64,000 bases of DNA from an uncultured Candidatus Saccharibacteria bacterium (GCA_964387175.1 CAYLVJ010000001.1:602-64601); one strand, 5' to 3'. Shown: positions 50,934-60,542, counted from the first letter of the stretch. A program made the numbers and translations. Notes: generated by a model not told the origin, from the letters alone.

Positions 50934-51416
50934 ATGATGATTTGTAAAAAAAAATATTACCTCACCGAAAAAGGCTTGAAAGAAGCAAAAGAGAAGTTAG
51001 AAGAGGTGAAAAAAGAGAAGATGAGGTTAATTAAGGAAAGATCTCCTGAAAAGCAGGATTACGGCGAGGCGGATATAGAATACGTGAAATACCAGGAAGA
51101 TATGGAGACGGTTGAAAAAAAGATTTACAAATTGGAGTGTATTTTGGATAATTATGAGTTGATTAAAAAACCTCCCAAAGAAAGAAGAGAGGAGGTTCAT
51201 TTGGGGGCTACTGTAGTTGTGGAAGGCAACAGTCAGGTGGATGAATTTACTATCACCGGTAGTTTCGAGTCTGATCCACTTTCTGGTAAGATAAGTAATG
51301 AGTCGCCTGTCGGCGAGGCTCTTTTAGGAAAAAGAGTAGGGGAGGAGGTAGAAGTTGAAACTTCCATGATCAAGCAAAATTACAAGATTTTAAAAATAAG
51401 TTATGACAAGCTTTAA
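50934..51416 (+). CDS. greA: transcription elongation factor GreA
   Basis: N-terminal coiled coil, C-terminal FKBP-like GATVVVEG...GKISNESPVGEALLGK. Confidence 0.8.
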   Translation: MMICKKKYYLTEKGLKEAKEKLEEVKKEKMRLIKERSPEKQDYGEADIEYVKYQEDMETVEKKIYKLECILDNYELIKKPPKERREEVHLGATVVVEGNSQVDEFTITGSFESDPLSGKISNESPVGEALLGKRVGEEVEVETSMIKQNYKILKISYDKL

Positions 51417-52731
51417 AACCTTCGACTTTGATGAGAGCGTTCTAACCGAAGAAGAAAAAAAAGTTTTACATCATTTGAAAGAAGCAGCGCGGAAGGTAGC
51501 ATCTCTTTACGAGAAACAAAAAAGACCGGGGCAAAAAGGAGCTGCCTTTTACCCTGAAAATGTTTCAAAAGAAAAAATTGAAAGACAGGCAGAAAAAAAT
51601 TCCAAGCTTTTGGATCCTTATACTTTTGTAGAAGAAAAAAACGGGAAGTTGAAGGCGGTGAAGTTTAAAAACCGTTTTAAAAAAGAGTTGAAGGAGGTCC
51701 GCAGAGAAATCGAGAGGGCAGCTAAAGCTTCTTCCAATAAGGATTTTAAAAATTATTTAAAAGAGATGGGCAAAAGTTTACTGCAGGATGATTATGCCAG
51801 AAACGAAATGCTTTGGGTGACAAGCCCTCTTTTCAAGTTTAGTTTTATAATCGGTCCTATTGAAAGATACTTGGACCGTCTTTTTTTTAAAAAGTGCGCT
51901 TATCAAAGCTGGCTGGGTGTTATTAATGAGAAAAGAACCGAAGAAGCTGAAAAATTCAAACAAATTATTTTAGCCGCGAGAAGAAAAATCCTATCAGACG
52001 CTCCCAAGGTGCGTGTTCCCTCTTTGAGGGTGGAGGTTAATAAAACGGTTTGCTTTGCCGGTCTTATAGCTAATAACATGTTTACGGGGACCAATCTCCC
52101 CAACAGCATGGAGCTAATGGAGGAGGAGGGGTCCAAGTTGACTATTTTTTCCAGCTCCTTAAAGGAAAAATTTGAAAAAGACCAACTTCCTGTTTTTAAA
52201 GAAATTTTTCCTGAGAAGATAGAAGAAGAGTATTCAGAAGATGAGTTGTATGAGGGAACCTTACGCTGCATTCTTCTGCATGAGATAAGTCACTCTTTGA
52301 TACGCTACGAAGATGCGGAAGAGAGATTGGGATCTATCTTTCCCGTTTTTGACGAGGCCCTAGCTTATATCCTGGGAATAAAAGCCTGCGGGCACCTCAT
52401 CCTAAAAAAAGTTTTAACCCAGAAAGAACTAAGAAGCATCTTGCTGCTTCATATTGTTCGCAACCTCGTTTGGTACCGGGATTTTAAAGAAAATTCACAG
52501 GTAGAAGATTATGCCCGCGGAGCGGCGTTGACCCAAAAGTTTTACGAACAGAGCGGAGCTTTGTGGCTGGATGAAAAAGGGAAGGTGAATGTTGACTTTA
52601 AAAAACTTTTTTCTGCTGTTGAAAAACTTTCCGGTGTTCTTGAGCATTATTTGTCTAGTGGAAACTTGGAAGAAGCAGAAAACTTTGTTAAAAGCCAGGC
52701 TGGTTTTGAGGTGTTCGATAAATATTTTTAA
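51403..52731 (+). CDS. hypothetical protein with HExxH zincin-like motif
   Basis: LLHEISHSL ... EALAY (possible third ligand). Confidence 0.45.
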   Translation: MTSFKTFDFDESVLTEEEKKVLHHLKEAARKVASLYEKQKRPGQKGAAFYPENVSKEKIERQAEKNSKLLDPYTFVEEKNGKLKAVKFKNRFKKELKEVRREIERAAKASSNKDFKNYLKEMGKSLLQDDYARNEMLWVTSPLFKFSFIIGPIERYLDRLFFKKCAYQSWLGVINEKRTEEAEKFKQIILAARRKILSDAPKVRVPSLRVEVNKTVCFAGLIANNMFTGTNLPNSMELMEEEGSKLTIFSSSLKEKFEKDQLPVFKEIFPEKIEEEYSEDELYEGTLRCILLHEISHSLIRYEDAEERLGSIFPVFDEALAYILGIKACGHLILKKVLTQKELRSILLLHIVRNLVWYRDFKENSQVEDYARGAALTQKFYEQSGALWLDEKGKVNVDFKKLFSAVEKLSGVLEHYLSSGNLEEAENFVKSQAGFEVFDKYF

Positions 52732-52743
52732 TTTGAAAAAAAT

Positions 52744-53724
52744 ATGAAGTTTGACTTTGTCACTTTCGGCTCCGGCACGTTTGATATTTTTCTAAAAACC
52801 GATAAGTTTTTGATTGAAAACAAGAAAAAATTTCAAAGCGGAAAATCAATTTGTTTTCCCTTCTCTTCTAAGGTTGATCTGGAGTCGGTTGATTTTGCCT
52901 CCGGAGGAGGGGGAACAAATACGGCTGCTTCTTTAGTTTTTCAAGGATTTAAGGTTTCCTACTGCGGGTCAGTGGGAGATGATTTTGCCGGCGGGAAAGT
53001 TTTAGAGGCCTTGGAGAGATTTAATGTGGATGCTTCTTTGGTTCAAAAAACCGATAAGACGCCGACTAACCTTTCCGTCATTTTTTCTCAAAAAAAAGAA
53101 AGAACTTGTTTTGTCTGGCGGGGAGCTTCAGAGTGTTTGGATTGGGAAAGCGTGGACAAAGAAAAGTTGGAGGCGAAATGGTTTTATCTCGCTCCTTTGT
53201 CGGGAAGATTGGCTCCTCTTTCTTCTAAGCTGATGGACTTTGCTCACAGCAGGGGGATGAAGGTTTTTGCCAATCCGGGCAACAGCCAGATAAAGATGGG
53301 TCTTGAAAAACTTGAGCCTCTTTTGAAGCGTTCGGAGGTGATTCTTTTAAATCAAGAAGAAGCCTCTCTTCTTACCGGTGTTTCCTACAAAAAAGAAAAG
53401 AAGGTTTTTAAAAAAATGGATGAGTTGGTGGACGGCCTGGCTATTATGACCAAGGGAAAAGACGGGGTGGTTGCCTCAGACGGTGATTATTTGTGGCGGG
53501 CGGATGTTTTACCGACAGAAGTTGTGGAAAAAACGGGAGCCGGAGACTCTTTCGGGGCCGGTTTTGTAGGGGGTTTTTTTGAAAAGGAAAATGTGGAATA
53601 CGCGCTTCAGAAAGGGGTTGCTAATTCTGCCGCTTGTATTTCAAAAACAGGCGCTAAAAACGGTCTTTTAAAAAAAGGTGATGAGTGGAAAAAAGTAGAG
53701 GTCAAAAAAGAAAAACTGGAGTAG
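52744..53724 (+). CDS. PfkB-family carbohydrate kinase
   Basis: GGGGTNTAASL, C-terminal GAGDSFGAGF. Confidence 0.8.
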   Translation: MKFDFVTFGSGTFDIFLKTDKFLIENKKKFQSGKSICFPFSSKVDLESVDFASGGGGTNTAASLVFQGFKVSYCGSVGDDFAGGKVLEALERFNVDASLVQKTDKTPTNLSVIFSQKKERTCFVWRGASECLDWESVDKEKLEAKWFYLAPLSGRLAPLSSKLMDFAHSRGMKVFANPGNSQIKMGLEKLEPLLKRSEVILLNQEEASLLTGVSYKKEKKVFKKMDELVDGLAIMTKGKDGVVASDGDYLWRADVLPTEVVEKTGAGDSFGAGFVGGFFEKENVEYALQKGVANSAACISKTGAKNGLLKKGDEWKKVEVKKEKLE

Positions 53725-53747
53725 TTTTAAGGTATAATGAAACAAGT

Positions 53748-54578
53748 ATGTATTTAGGCGACATTTTTAAAAAAGCAAAAGAAGAAAAGTGGGCCGTGCC
53801 TCAATTTAATTTTTCAACTCTTTCTCAACTAAGAGGAATCATTCAAGCTGGGAGTGTTTTAGGTTCTCCAATTATTCTGGGTACTTCGGAAGGGGAGGCT
53901 GGTTTTTTAGGAATGAAGAAGGTGGCAAAATTGGTTGAGGCGATAAGAAAGGAAGGCAAAAAAGATGTTTTTTCTCATTTAGATCACGGGAAAAGTTTTG
54001 AGGTTGTTAAAGATGCTGTTGAGGCCGGTTACGACTCTGTTCATATTGACGGGTCGGAGCTTCCTTTCGATGAAAATTTGAAAATAACTGAAAAAGTGGT
54101 AAAATATGCTAAAGAAAAGGATGTGTGGGTGGAAGGAGAGTTGGGGGTGATCGGAGGAGGGAAAAAGAAAAGTGTTTTCACGGATCCTTCCTTTGTTTCC
54201 GAGTTTGTAAAAAAGACTGGAGTTAGTAGTTTGGCTGTTTCGATAGGCAATGTACATGGAGTTTTAGACAAGATGCCGCGTTTGAGGTTTGATATTTTAA
54301 GAAAAATAAAGAAGGAAGCAGATATATTTTTGGTTTTTCACGGCAGCTCTGGTTTTTCTTTAAAAGAAATCAAGAAAGTTGTTGAAGAAGGATTTCAAAA
54401 GGTAAACGTCAACACCGCTTTGCGTAAAGAATGGAGAAGAGTTTTGGAAAAATCTCTACGCAATAAAAAAAGTATCAAACCTTACGAGATTCTTCCTAGC
54501 GTGTCGGACGCAACTGAGAAAAAATGTAAAGAGTACATTAAAATACTTAACGCTTCCGGAAAAAGTGAAACTCAGTAA
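53748..54578 (+). CDS. fba: class II fructose/ketose-bisphosphate aldolase
   Basis: VPQFNF, HLDHG, HIDGS, GNVHG motifs; start set at internal ATG 53748. Confidence 0.85.
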   Translation: MYLGDIFKKAKEEKWAVPQFNFSTLSQLRGIIQAGSVLGSPIILGTSEGEAGFLGMKKVAKLVEAIRKEGKKDVFSHLDHGKSFEVVKDAVEAGYDSVHIDGSELPFDENLKITEKVVKYAKEKDVWVEGELGVIGGGKKKSVFTDPSFVSEFVKKTGVSSLAVSIGNVHGVLDKMPRLRFDILRKIKKEADIFLVFHGSSGFSLKEIKKVVEEGFQKVNVNTALRKEWRRVLEKSLRNKKSIKPYEILPSVSDATEKKCKEYIKILNASGKSETQ

Positions 54579-55011
54579 ACGCACAACTTATTTCACTATT
54601 TTTCTCATAATTCTTTTTTCACTTGTCGTGGGTGTTGTTTGGTTTTTAAAAACCAACAGTGCGGTGGCGTTGAGTAAATACAGCTGTCGTAACGGGGAGG
54701 ATATAAACATCAAGGTTAAAAATCTTCTTTTAAGCCAAGAGTTGTGCTTATCTTCTTGTTATCCTTATTACCTCCAAAGAAAAAACGAAAGCGGAGAATG
54801 GAAAACTTATGAGTACGCAGAGTGTCCTTTTGAGGATAAAATAGAAACTTGTATTAGTCCTTTAAAGGGAAAAGAATTTAAAACATCCGTTCCCCAGGTA
54901 AAAGAAGGAACCTACAGGGTGATGATATCGGTTTGTAAAAGCTGCAGCATGGGGGAGCGTTTTAAAAAAGAGGGAGATCTTTTTTCAGAAGAATTTGAAG
55001 TAGTAAGATGA
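54565..55011 (+). CDS. hypothetical secreted Cys-rich protein
   Basis: N-terminal TM/signal, 8 Cys. Confidence 0.45.
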   Translation: MKLSKRTTYFTIFLIILFSLVVGVVWFLKTNSAVALSKYSCRNGEDINIKVKNLLLSQELCLSSCYPYYLQRKNESGEWKTYEYAECPFEDKIETCISPLKGKEFKTSVPQVKEGTYRVMISVCKSCSMGERFKKEGDLFSEEFEVVR

Positions 55012-55238
55012 AAATAATACACGAAAAATACAAGTGTATAGGGTGTAGGGCTTGTGTCCGAGTATGCCCGGAATATTTTGAAATGGCTGACGATGGCAAG
55101 GCTTCTTTGAAGGGGTCAAAAAAGAAAGATCAAGAAGGTGGAGAGACAGAAGTCCGTTTGATAAAAGAGGCGGGCTGCGCCCGAAACGCTGCAGACATTT
55201 GCCCTGTAAGTTGTATCGAGCTTAAAAATGAGGGTTGA
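55008..55238 (+). CDS. ferredoxin (Fe-S cluster)
   Basis: CIGCRACVRVCP ... CPVSC. Confidence 0.7.
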   Translation: MKIIHEKYKCIGCRACVRVCPEYFEMADDGKASLKGSKKKDQEGGETEVRLIKEAGCARNAADICPVSCIELKNEG

Positions 55239-55272
55239 CAATTATTCTTTTTGTAAGTTACTCTAGGTGTGT

Positions 55273-55962
55273 ATGTTAACTATAAAAGCAAAAAAAAGAG
55301 ACGAGAAAAACGAAAAGCTAAGAGAAGAAGGTTTAGTGCCGGCTGTTTTGTACGGTCCGGAGACCGATCCTTTGAAAGTATGCGTGGAGGATAAAACCTT
55401 TAGAAAGGCTTATCAAAAAGCAGGTGAGTCGTCCATTCTCAAACTAGAGGTGGAAGGTGATAAAAAGGAGCATATAGTTTTGATTAAAGACTACCAGGTT
55501 CATCCCGTAACAGACCAGCTTCTTCACATTGACTTTTATCAGCCCATTATGAGTGAAAAGGTGGAGGCGACTGTTCCCGTGGTTTTTGAAGGTGAAGCTC
55601 CCGTCGTTAAAGAAAAAGACGGAGTTTTAATAAAGAACATTTCAGAGCTTCAAGTTTCAGCTCTTCCGAAAGAGCTTCCTTCTGAGATAAAAATAGACGT
55701 TAGCGGGCTTAAAACATTCGGTGACCATATTACGGTGGGGGATATAAGTTTGGGAGAGGGGGTTGAAATAAAAAGGGAAAAGGAAGATGTTGTTGTTTCC
55801 GTTTCCAGTCCTAAAACAGAAGAAGAACTTAAAGAAGAGATGGGCCGCACTGAAGGGGAAGAGCTCTTCATCGGCGAAGAAGAGCTCATTGAAGAAGAGC
55901 CTCTTGAGGAGGGTGAAGAAGAAGAAAAGTCAGAGGAAGAACAGGAAGAAATTGAAATTTAA
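55273..55962 (+). CDS. rplY: 50S ribosomal protein L25 / general stress protein Ctc, acidic C-extension
   Basis: LVPAVLYGP, QLLHIDFY. Confidence 0.8.
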   Translation: MLTIKAKKRDEKNEKLREEGLVPAVLYGPETDPLKVCVEDKTFRKAYQKAGESSILKLEVEGDKKEHIVLIKDYQVHPVTDQLLHIDFYQPIMSEKVEATVPVVFEGEAPVVKEKDGVLIKNISELQVSALPKELPSEIKIDVSGLKTFGDHITVGDISLGEGVEIKREKEDVVVSVSSPKTEEELKEEMGRTEGEELFIGEEELIEEEPLEEGEEEEKSEEEQEEIEI

Positions 55963-55971
55963 AAAATCAAA

Positions 55972-57357
55972 ATGCAAAAAAAGTTTTTAAAAAGAGCTTT
56001 TCTTTCCCTTATTGTTCTAGGGGTTTGTGTTTTTTTAGGAAATGCTTTTTGGTTTGTAAATGCCGAAGAGTCGTGCTCAACCGTAGAAGAATGTAGGGCT
56101 CTTTTGGAAGAATATGAGAGAAAAATTGCCGAGTATCAGCAAATTGTCACTCAGACACAGGCGGAGCAAGATACTTTAAATAATAAAATATATCTTTTAA
56201 GACAAAAAATAAACGGTTTGGATTATCAGATTAGAAGAAGCAATATCGTGATAGGAGATCTTACGGAGCAGGTTAAAGACACACAAGAGTCGATTAAAAA
56301 AAGCGAGAGAGAGATTGAAAAATCAAAAGAACGCTTGACGGAGGTTTTAAGAAGAATAAATGAAGAAGAGCAAAAAAGTACTTTGGAAATTTTTTTAGCG
56401 AACGATGATTTGTCTGAGTTTTTTGAAGATGTATTTGCTTTAGAAACCGTTCTTTCCGAAAACAGAAAGATTTTAGTCCAAATCAAAGAGATGAAAGCAA
56501 GCTTGGAGGGTCAAAAAATAGATTTGGAGTCGGAAACCGAAGAGTGGCGTAGAACAAAGCAGGCTCAAATTTTACAAAAACAGGAGAGAGAAAGTTTAAA
56601 ACAAGAACAGGAGTGGCTTTTAACACAGACCAGGGGAGAGGAAGAAGAGTATCAGAAACTTTTAGCAGAGAACAGAGAAAAAGCTCAAGAAATAAGAGAG
56701 AGAATTTTCAGCTTGGTGGGTGTTGCTGAGGCTCCCAAGTTTGGGGAGGCCTTAGAGATAGCTAGATACGTAGAAAGTGTAACGGGAGTTAGGCCTGCTT
56801 TCCTCTTGGCAATTTTAAGGCAGGAGTCTAACATCGGTCAAAATGTTGGCCAGTGTTATCTTAAGAACAAAGAGACCGGAGACGGTATTGTGATAAGAAC
56901 CGGCCAGACGCAAAGCAGGGTAATGAAACCCATGAATGTCGGAGGAAGGAAAGGAGATGTGGATGACTTTATTGCCACCTGCAGTGAGGTGGGAAGAGAT
57001 CCTTACAGTACTCCTATTTCTTGTCCTTACGTTAGCGATGGGCAAATTATTGGATATGGAGGAGCGATGGGCCCGGCTCAGTTTATTCCGACTACGTGGG
57101 CGACTTACAAGCACAATGTGAAAGCTGTCACCGGGAAGCCAGCTGATCCGTGGGACATTAAAGATGCATTTTTAGCGGCTGGTCTTTTATTAAGAGATGC
57201 GGGAGCTACTTCTAAAGAGGGAGAGTGGTGTGCGGCCATGGTTTATTATTCCGGTTCCTGTAGCTCTGGTCATGACTACTATGCCAATTCTGTAACGAGC
57301 ATTGTAAAACAATATGAAAACGATATCGCGCAACTTGAAAAATACGGTAGTAAATAA
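55972..57357 (+). CDS. secreted coiled-coil protein with C-terminal MltB-like lytic transglycosylase domain
   Basis: signal peptide, long coiled coil, ILRQESN ... GGAMGPAQFIPTTW. Confidence 0.65.
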   Translation: MQKKFLKRAFLSLIVLGVCVFLGNAFWFVNAEESCSTVEECRALLEEYERKIAEYQQIVTQTQAEQDTLNNKIYLLRQKINGLDYQIRRSNIVIGDLTEQVKDTQESIKKSEREIEKSKERLTEVLRRINEEEQKSTLEIFLANDDLSEFFEDVFALETVLSENRKILVQIKEMKASLEGQKIDLESETEEWRRTKQAQILQKQERESLKQEQEWLLTQTRGEEEEYQKLLAENREKAQEIRERIFSLVGVAEAPKFGEALEIARYVESVTGVRPAFLLAILRQESNIGQNVGQCYLKNKETGDGIVIRTGQTQSRVMKPMNVGGRKGDVDDFIATCSEVGRDPYSTPISCPYVSDGQIIGYGGAMGPAQFIPTTWATYKHNVKAVTGKPADPWDIKDAFLAAGLLLRDAGATSKEGEWCAAMVYYSGSCSSGHDYYANSVTSIVKQYENDIAQLEKYGSK

Positions 57358-57371
57358 TTTAAAAAGAAATA

Positions 57372-57398
57372 AAAAAGGCGCTTTAAGCGCCTTTTTTG
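57372..57398. terminator. bidirectional terminator (AAGGCGCTTTAAGCGCCTTTTTT)
   Basis: palindrome between convergent genes. Confidence 0.6.
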
Positions 57399-57401
57399 TT
57401 T

Positions 57402-58130
57402 TTAAGAGAAGTTTTTTATTATCGGGTCTAGATTTCCTTCTAGTATTTCTTCTAAGTTGTGCCAAGTTTTTTCAAGACGGTGGTCGGTTACTCTGTTTTG
57501 GGGGAAGTTATAAGTTCTTATTTTGAATGATCTTTTCCCTCCGCCCATTTGATTTTTTCTCTTTTTCTCTTTTTTTTGTCGCAGCTTTTTCTTTTTTTCT
57601 TCTACCAGTTTCGCCTGTAGAATTCGAATAGCATTGACTTTGTTTTTGTGTTGGCTTCTGGCTGACTGGCAGTTAATCGTTAGTCCTGTCGGTTTGTGGG
57701 TAACCCGAACGGCGGTTTCCGTTTTGTTGGTATATTGTCCTCCCGGCCCCGAAGCTCTGTATGACTCTATTTCTACATCGCTTCTTTTAAGTTTTGCTTG
57801 CTTTGCGTTTGTTTTTTTAAGAACTACTACGGTGGCGGTTGAGGTATGGATTCTTCCTTTGCTTTCGGTTTCTGGTACTCTTTGAATCCTGTGAACCCCG
57901 GCTTCGTTTTTCATTAAAGTGTACGCTTTTTCTCCCCTTAATTCAAAAACAACCTCTTTAAGCCCGTTTAGAGAGGTTGTTTCCATGTTTAGAGTTTTAA
58001 GCCCCCAGCCGTGTTTTTTTGCGTAACCGGAGTACATTTTGAAAAGATCTTTTACAAATTTGGCTGCTTCTTCTCCTCCGGCGCCGGGTCTAATCTCAAC
58101 AATAACGCTTTCAAGATTGTTTTTCCCCAT
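57402..58130 (-). CDS. prfA: class I peptide chain release factor, RF1-like (PET tripeptide, GGQ) lacking N-terminal domain 1
   Basis: [11 protein letters not shown] (domain 2 start), [37 protein letters not shown]; in-frame stop 16 codons upstream of ATG. Confidence 0.8.
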   Translation of the reverse strand: MGKNNLESVIVEIRPGAGGEEAAKFVKDLFKMYSGYAKKHGWGLKTLNMETTSLNGLKEVVFELRGEKAYTLMKNEAGVHRIQRVPETESKGRIHTSTATVVVLKKTNAKQAKLKRSDVEIESYRASGPGGQYTNKTETAVRVTHKPTGLTINCQSARSQHKNKVNAIRILQAKLVEEKKKKLRQKKEKKRKNQMGGGKRSFKIRTYNFPQNRVTDHRLEKTWHNLEEILEGNLDPIIKNFS

Positions 58131-58371
58131 CTTTTTCTTCTGTTTTGACTTGTTTTTTTTGCATCTTTTGGTGCTTTTTCATCTTCTTTCGGAATTTTTC
58201 AACTCTTCCCATAGAGTCTACTATTTTTTCTTTTCCGGTGTAGAAAGGGTGGCACGCGGAACATATCTCCACCTTTATATATTCTTGGGTGGATCCAGTC
58301 TTAAATTTATTTCCGCAGGCGCACTCAACTGTTGCTTCCGGAAAATATTTTGGGTGTACGTCTTTTTTCAT
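58111..58371 (-). CDS. rpmE: 50S ribosomal protein L31 (zinc-binding type) with basic C-extension
   Basis: [16 protein letters not shown]...[11 protein letters not shown]. Confidence 0.9.
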   Translation of the reverse strand: MKKDVHPKYFPEATVECACGNKFKTGSTQEYIKVEICSACHPFYTGKEKIVDSMGRVEKFRKKMKKHQKMQKKQVKTEEKDGEKQS

Positions 58372-58472
58372 GACTTATACCTTTATTTCTATTATTATCT
58401 ATTTTATCCTATCAGAAGTCATTGGAGGTTGCAACCTTGATTTAGAAAAGGACAATTGTTATATTAAATCAT

Positions 58473-59357
58473 ATGATTAATAACAAAACTAATTCAAAAT
58501 CTGTAGAAAAGGCGTTTAACTTGGATCCTGAAGAAATGGTGAAGGCAGGGGTCCACTTTGGACACAATCCTTCCAATCTTCATCCTAAAATGGCCCCTTT
58601 CGTTCATAAGAAAAAAAAGAATGTTTATCTTTTGGATCTGGAGAAAACCGTTGAAAAATTTACTGAGGCACTCCAGTTTATTCAAAAACAGGCGAAAGAG
58701 GGGAAAACAATTCTTTTTGTGGGAACCAAGTCTCAACACAAGAAATTGGTGGAGAAAACAGCTAAAAGATGCGGCTTTCCTTATGTCACCCAAAGATGGT
58801 TGGGCGGAATTCTTACCAACTTCGGGGTGTTAAGGGATAGGATTGATTATTTTATAGAGTTTAGGCAAAAGATAAACTCTTCTGATTTCGAAAAATACAC
58901 CAACAAAGAACAACTGGACATGAAGCACGAACTTTATAAATTAAAGAGAAAGTTCGGAGGTATAGAAAAACTTGAAGGTATTCCTGACGCTGTCTTCATT
59001 TGTGATTTAGGAAGAGACGATCTTGCCTTTGAGGAGGCGAGGAAAAAAGGAGTAACGGTGATAGGAGTTTGTGACAGTGATGTTGATCCGACCTTTGTTA
59101 GTTACCCTATCTTTGCCAATGACGACGCCGTCTCTTCTATGGAATATATTTTAAAAAAAGTAGAAGAGGCAATTGGCGAGGTTAAAACCTTAAAAGAATT
59201 GAAAGAAAAAGAAATTAAAAAACCTGAAGAAAGAGAAACCAAAGAAAAAGAGAAAAAGGAAGAAGAACAAGAAGAAGAAAAAGAGGAAAAAAAGCAAGAA
59301 GAAGAAAAAGAGGAAAAAAAGCAAGAAGAAGAAAAATCAAAAGAAAAAGAAAATTAA
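58473..59357 (+). CDS. rpsB: 30S ribosomal protein S2 with K/E-rich repetitive tail
   Basis: AGVHFGHNPSNLHPKMAPFV, VFICDL; tail has tandem 39-nt repeat. Confidence 0.9.
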   Translation: MINNKTNSKSVEKAFNLDPEEMVKAGVHFGHNPSNLHPKMAPFVHKKKKNVYLLDLEKTVEKFTEALQFIQKQAKEGKTILFVGTKSQHKKLVEKTAKRCGFPYVTQRWLGGILTNFGVLRDRIDYFIEFRQKINSSDFEKYTNKEQLDMKHELYKLKRKFGGIEKLEGIPDAVFICDLGRDDLAFEEARKKGVTVIGVCDSDVDPTFVSYPIFANDDAVSSMEYILKKVEEAIGEVKTLKELKEKEIKKPEERETKEKEKKEEEQEEEKEEKKQEEEKEEKKQEEEKSKEKEN

Positions 59358-59371
59358 ATTAACTTAAAATT

Positions 59372-59956
59372 ATGGTTGAAATAGAAAAAATTAAAAAGTT
59401 GAGAGATAAGACGGGGATATCGGTGATGGAGTGTAAAAAGGCGATAGAAGAGGCCGGAGGAGATCTTTCTCAAGCTGAAAAAATTTTAAGAAAAGCAAAA
59501 AGAAGATTAGCTGCAAAGAAAAAAGGAAGAACCACCGGCGAGGGAGTGGTTGCAAGCTACATTCACGCCAACAAAAAAATGGGATCTTTGGTGCAGGTGA
59601 ATTGTGAGACTGATTTTGTTTCTAAGTCCGAACGATTTCAGAAACTGGCCGAGGCTTTAGCGATGCAGGTGGCGGCTATGAACCCTCTTTTTGTTAGTGA
59701 AAAAGACATTCCTGAAAAAGTTTTACAAGAAAAAAAAGAGACGATTAAGGAGAAGATGAAAGAAAAAGAAAAACCGGCTGATATAATTGATAAAATTACG
59801 GAAGGAAAAATTTCTAAATGGAAGGATCAAGTTTGTCTTTTAAGGCAGGAGTTTATCAAAGATTCAGACAAAAGCGTGAAAGATTTGGTGCAGTCTGCGA
59901 TTGCGGAGATAGGAGAAAATATTACCATTGAGCGCTTTACGCGTTACGAGATATAA
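59372..59956 (+). CDS. tsf: elongation factor Ts (short form)
   Basis: UBA-like IKKLRDKTGISVMECKKAIEEAGGDLSQAEKILRK. Confidence 0.9.
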   Translation: MVEIEKIKKLRDKTGISVMECKKAIEEAGGDLSQAEKILRKAKRRLAAKKKGRTTGEGVVASYIHANKKMGSLVQVNCETDFVSKSERFQKLAEALAMQVAAMNPLFVSEKDIPEKVLQEKKETIKEKMKEKEKPADIIDKITEGKISKWKDQVCLLRQEFIKDSDKSVKDLVQSAIAEIGENITIERFTRYEI

Positions 59957-59966
59957 TTAAGTTAAA

Positions 59967-60323
59967 ATGTCTCATTATTTTTTAATTGCGGGAGCTGTCT
60001 TCGGTTTTTCCGGCCTTACTTATTTGAGTTCGAAAAGCCTACACCGATTGAAAGACTTCGAACCCTCTCCTACCCCAAATAAATCTTTTTTTAAAAGAGG
60101 CTGGAGTAAAATTACAGGTTTTTTTAAAAGGCTGTTTGGTGGTTTTGAATGGGAGGTTGTAGCTCAAGAAGTTCTTTCTTGGATCAAGGTGGTTGCTCTA
60201 CGGGTTGAAAGAAGGGCCAGCAAATCTCTTGTCAACTTGAGAAAAAGAATCAAACGCAAAAAAGAAAGTGAGAAGTATTGGAGACATCTGGCTCGGTTGT
60301 CCAAGAAAGAAGAAGAGGAGTAA
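59967..60323 (+). CDS. hypothetical small membrane-anchored basic protein
   Basis: 118 aa ORF. Confidence 0.45.
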   Translation: MSHYFLIAGAVFGFSGLTYLSSKSLHRLKDFEPSPTPNKSFFKRGWSKITGFFKRLFGGFEWEVVAQEVLSWIKVVALRVERRASKSLVNLRKRIKRKKESEKYWRHLARLSKKEEEE

Positions 60324-60326
60324 GGT

Positions 60327-60398
60327 GCCAGCGTAGCTCAGTGGGAGAGCAATGGTTTTGTAAACCATCGGTCGTCGGTTCAAATCCGACCGCTGGCT
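60327..60398 (+). tRNA. tRNA-Thr (UGU)
   Basis: acceptor GCCAGCG/CGCTGGC, anticodon loop TTTGTAA, T-loop GGTTCAAATCC. Confidence 0.8.
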
Positions 60399-60433
60399 CT
60401 TGACACAAAATTTCCGGGCATTATAATAAAAGT
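60399..60433 (+). promoter_or_regulatory. rRNA promoter TTGACA-N16-TATAAT
   Basis: consensus hexamers immediately after tRNA-Thr, ~190 nt upstream of 16S. Confidence 0.55.
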
Positions 60434-60542
60434 GAGGTTAAAAGTAAAACTTACCATGCCAGGAGACGGAGGTAATTAAAATTAAAAATAAAGTAAGAAG
60501 GTTTGGTAAAACCACGAGCCTTCGTGGTTTTTTTAACCCAAA

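Noticed and set aside
57402-58180. Programmed +1 frameshift (RF2-style) to supply the missing RF N-domain
   Set aside because: The in-frame upstream sequence hits a stop after 16 codons. The other frames are occupied by rpmE. The PET tripeptide indicates RF1, which is not frameshift-regulated.
59200-59350. Tandem direct repeat (39-nt unit, GAAGAAGAAAAAGAGGAAAAAAAGCAA) that could be a repeat element
   Set aside because: In-frame K/E-rich low-complexity tail of ribosomal protein S2. Similar acidic repeats occur in the PilO-like protein at 21420-21520. Not a mobile or CRISPR repeat.
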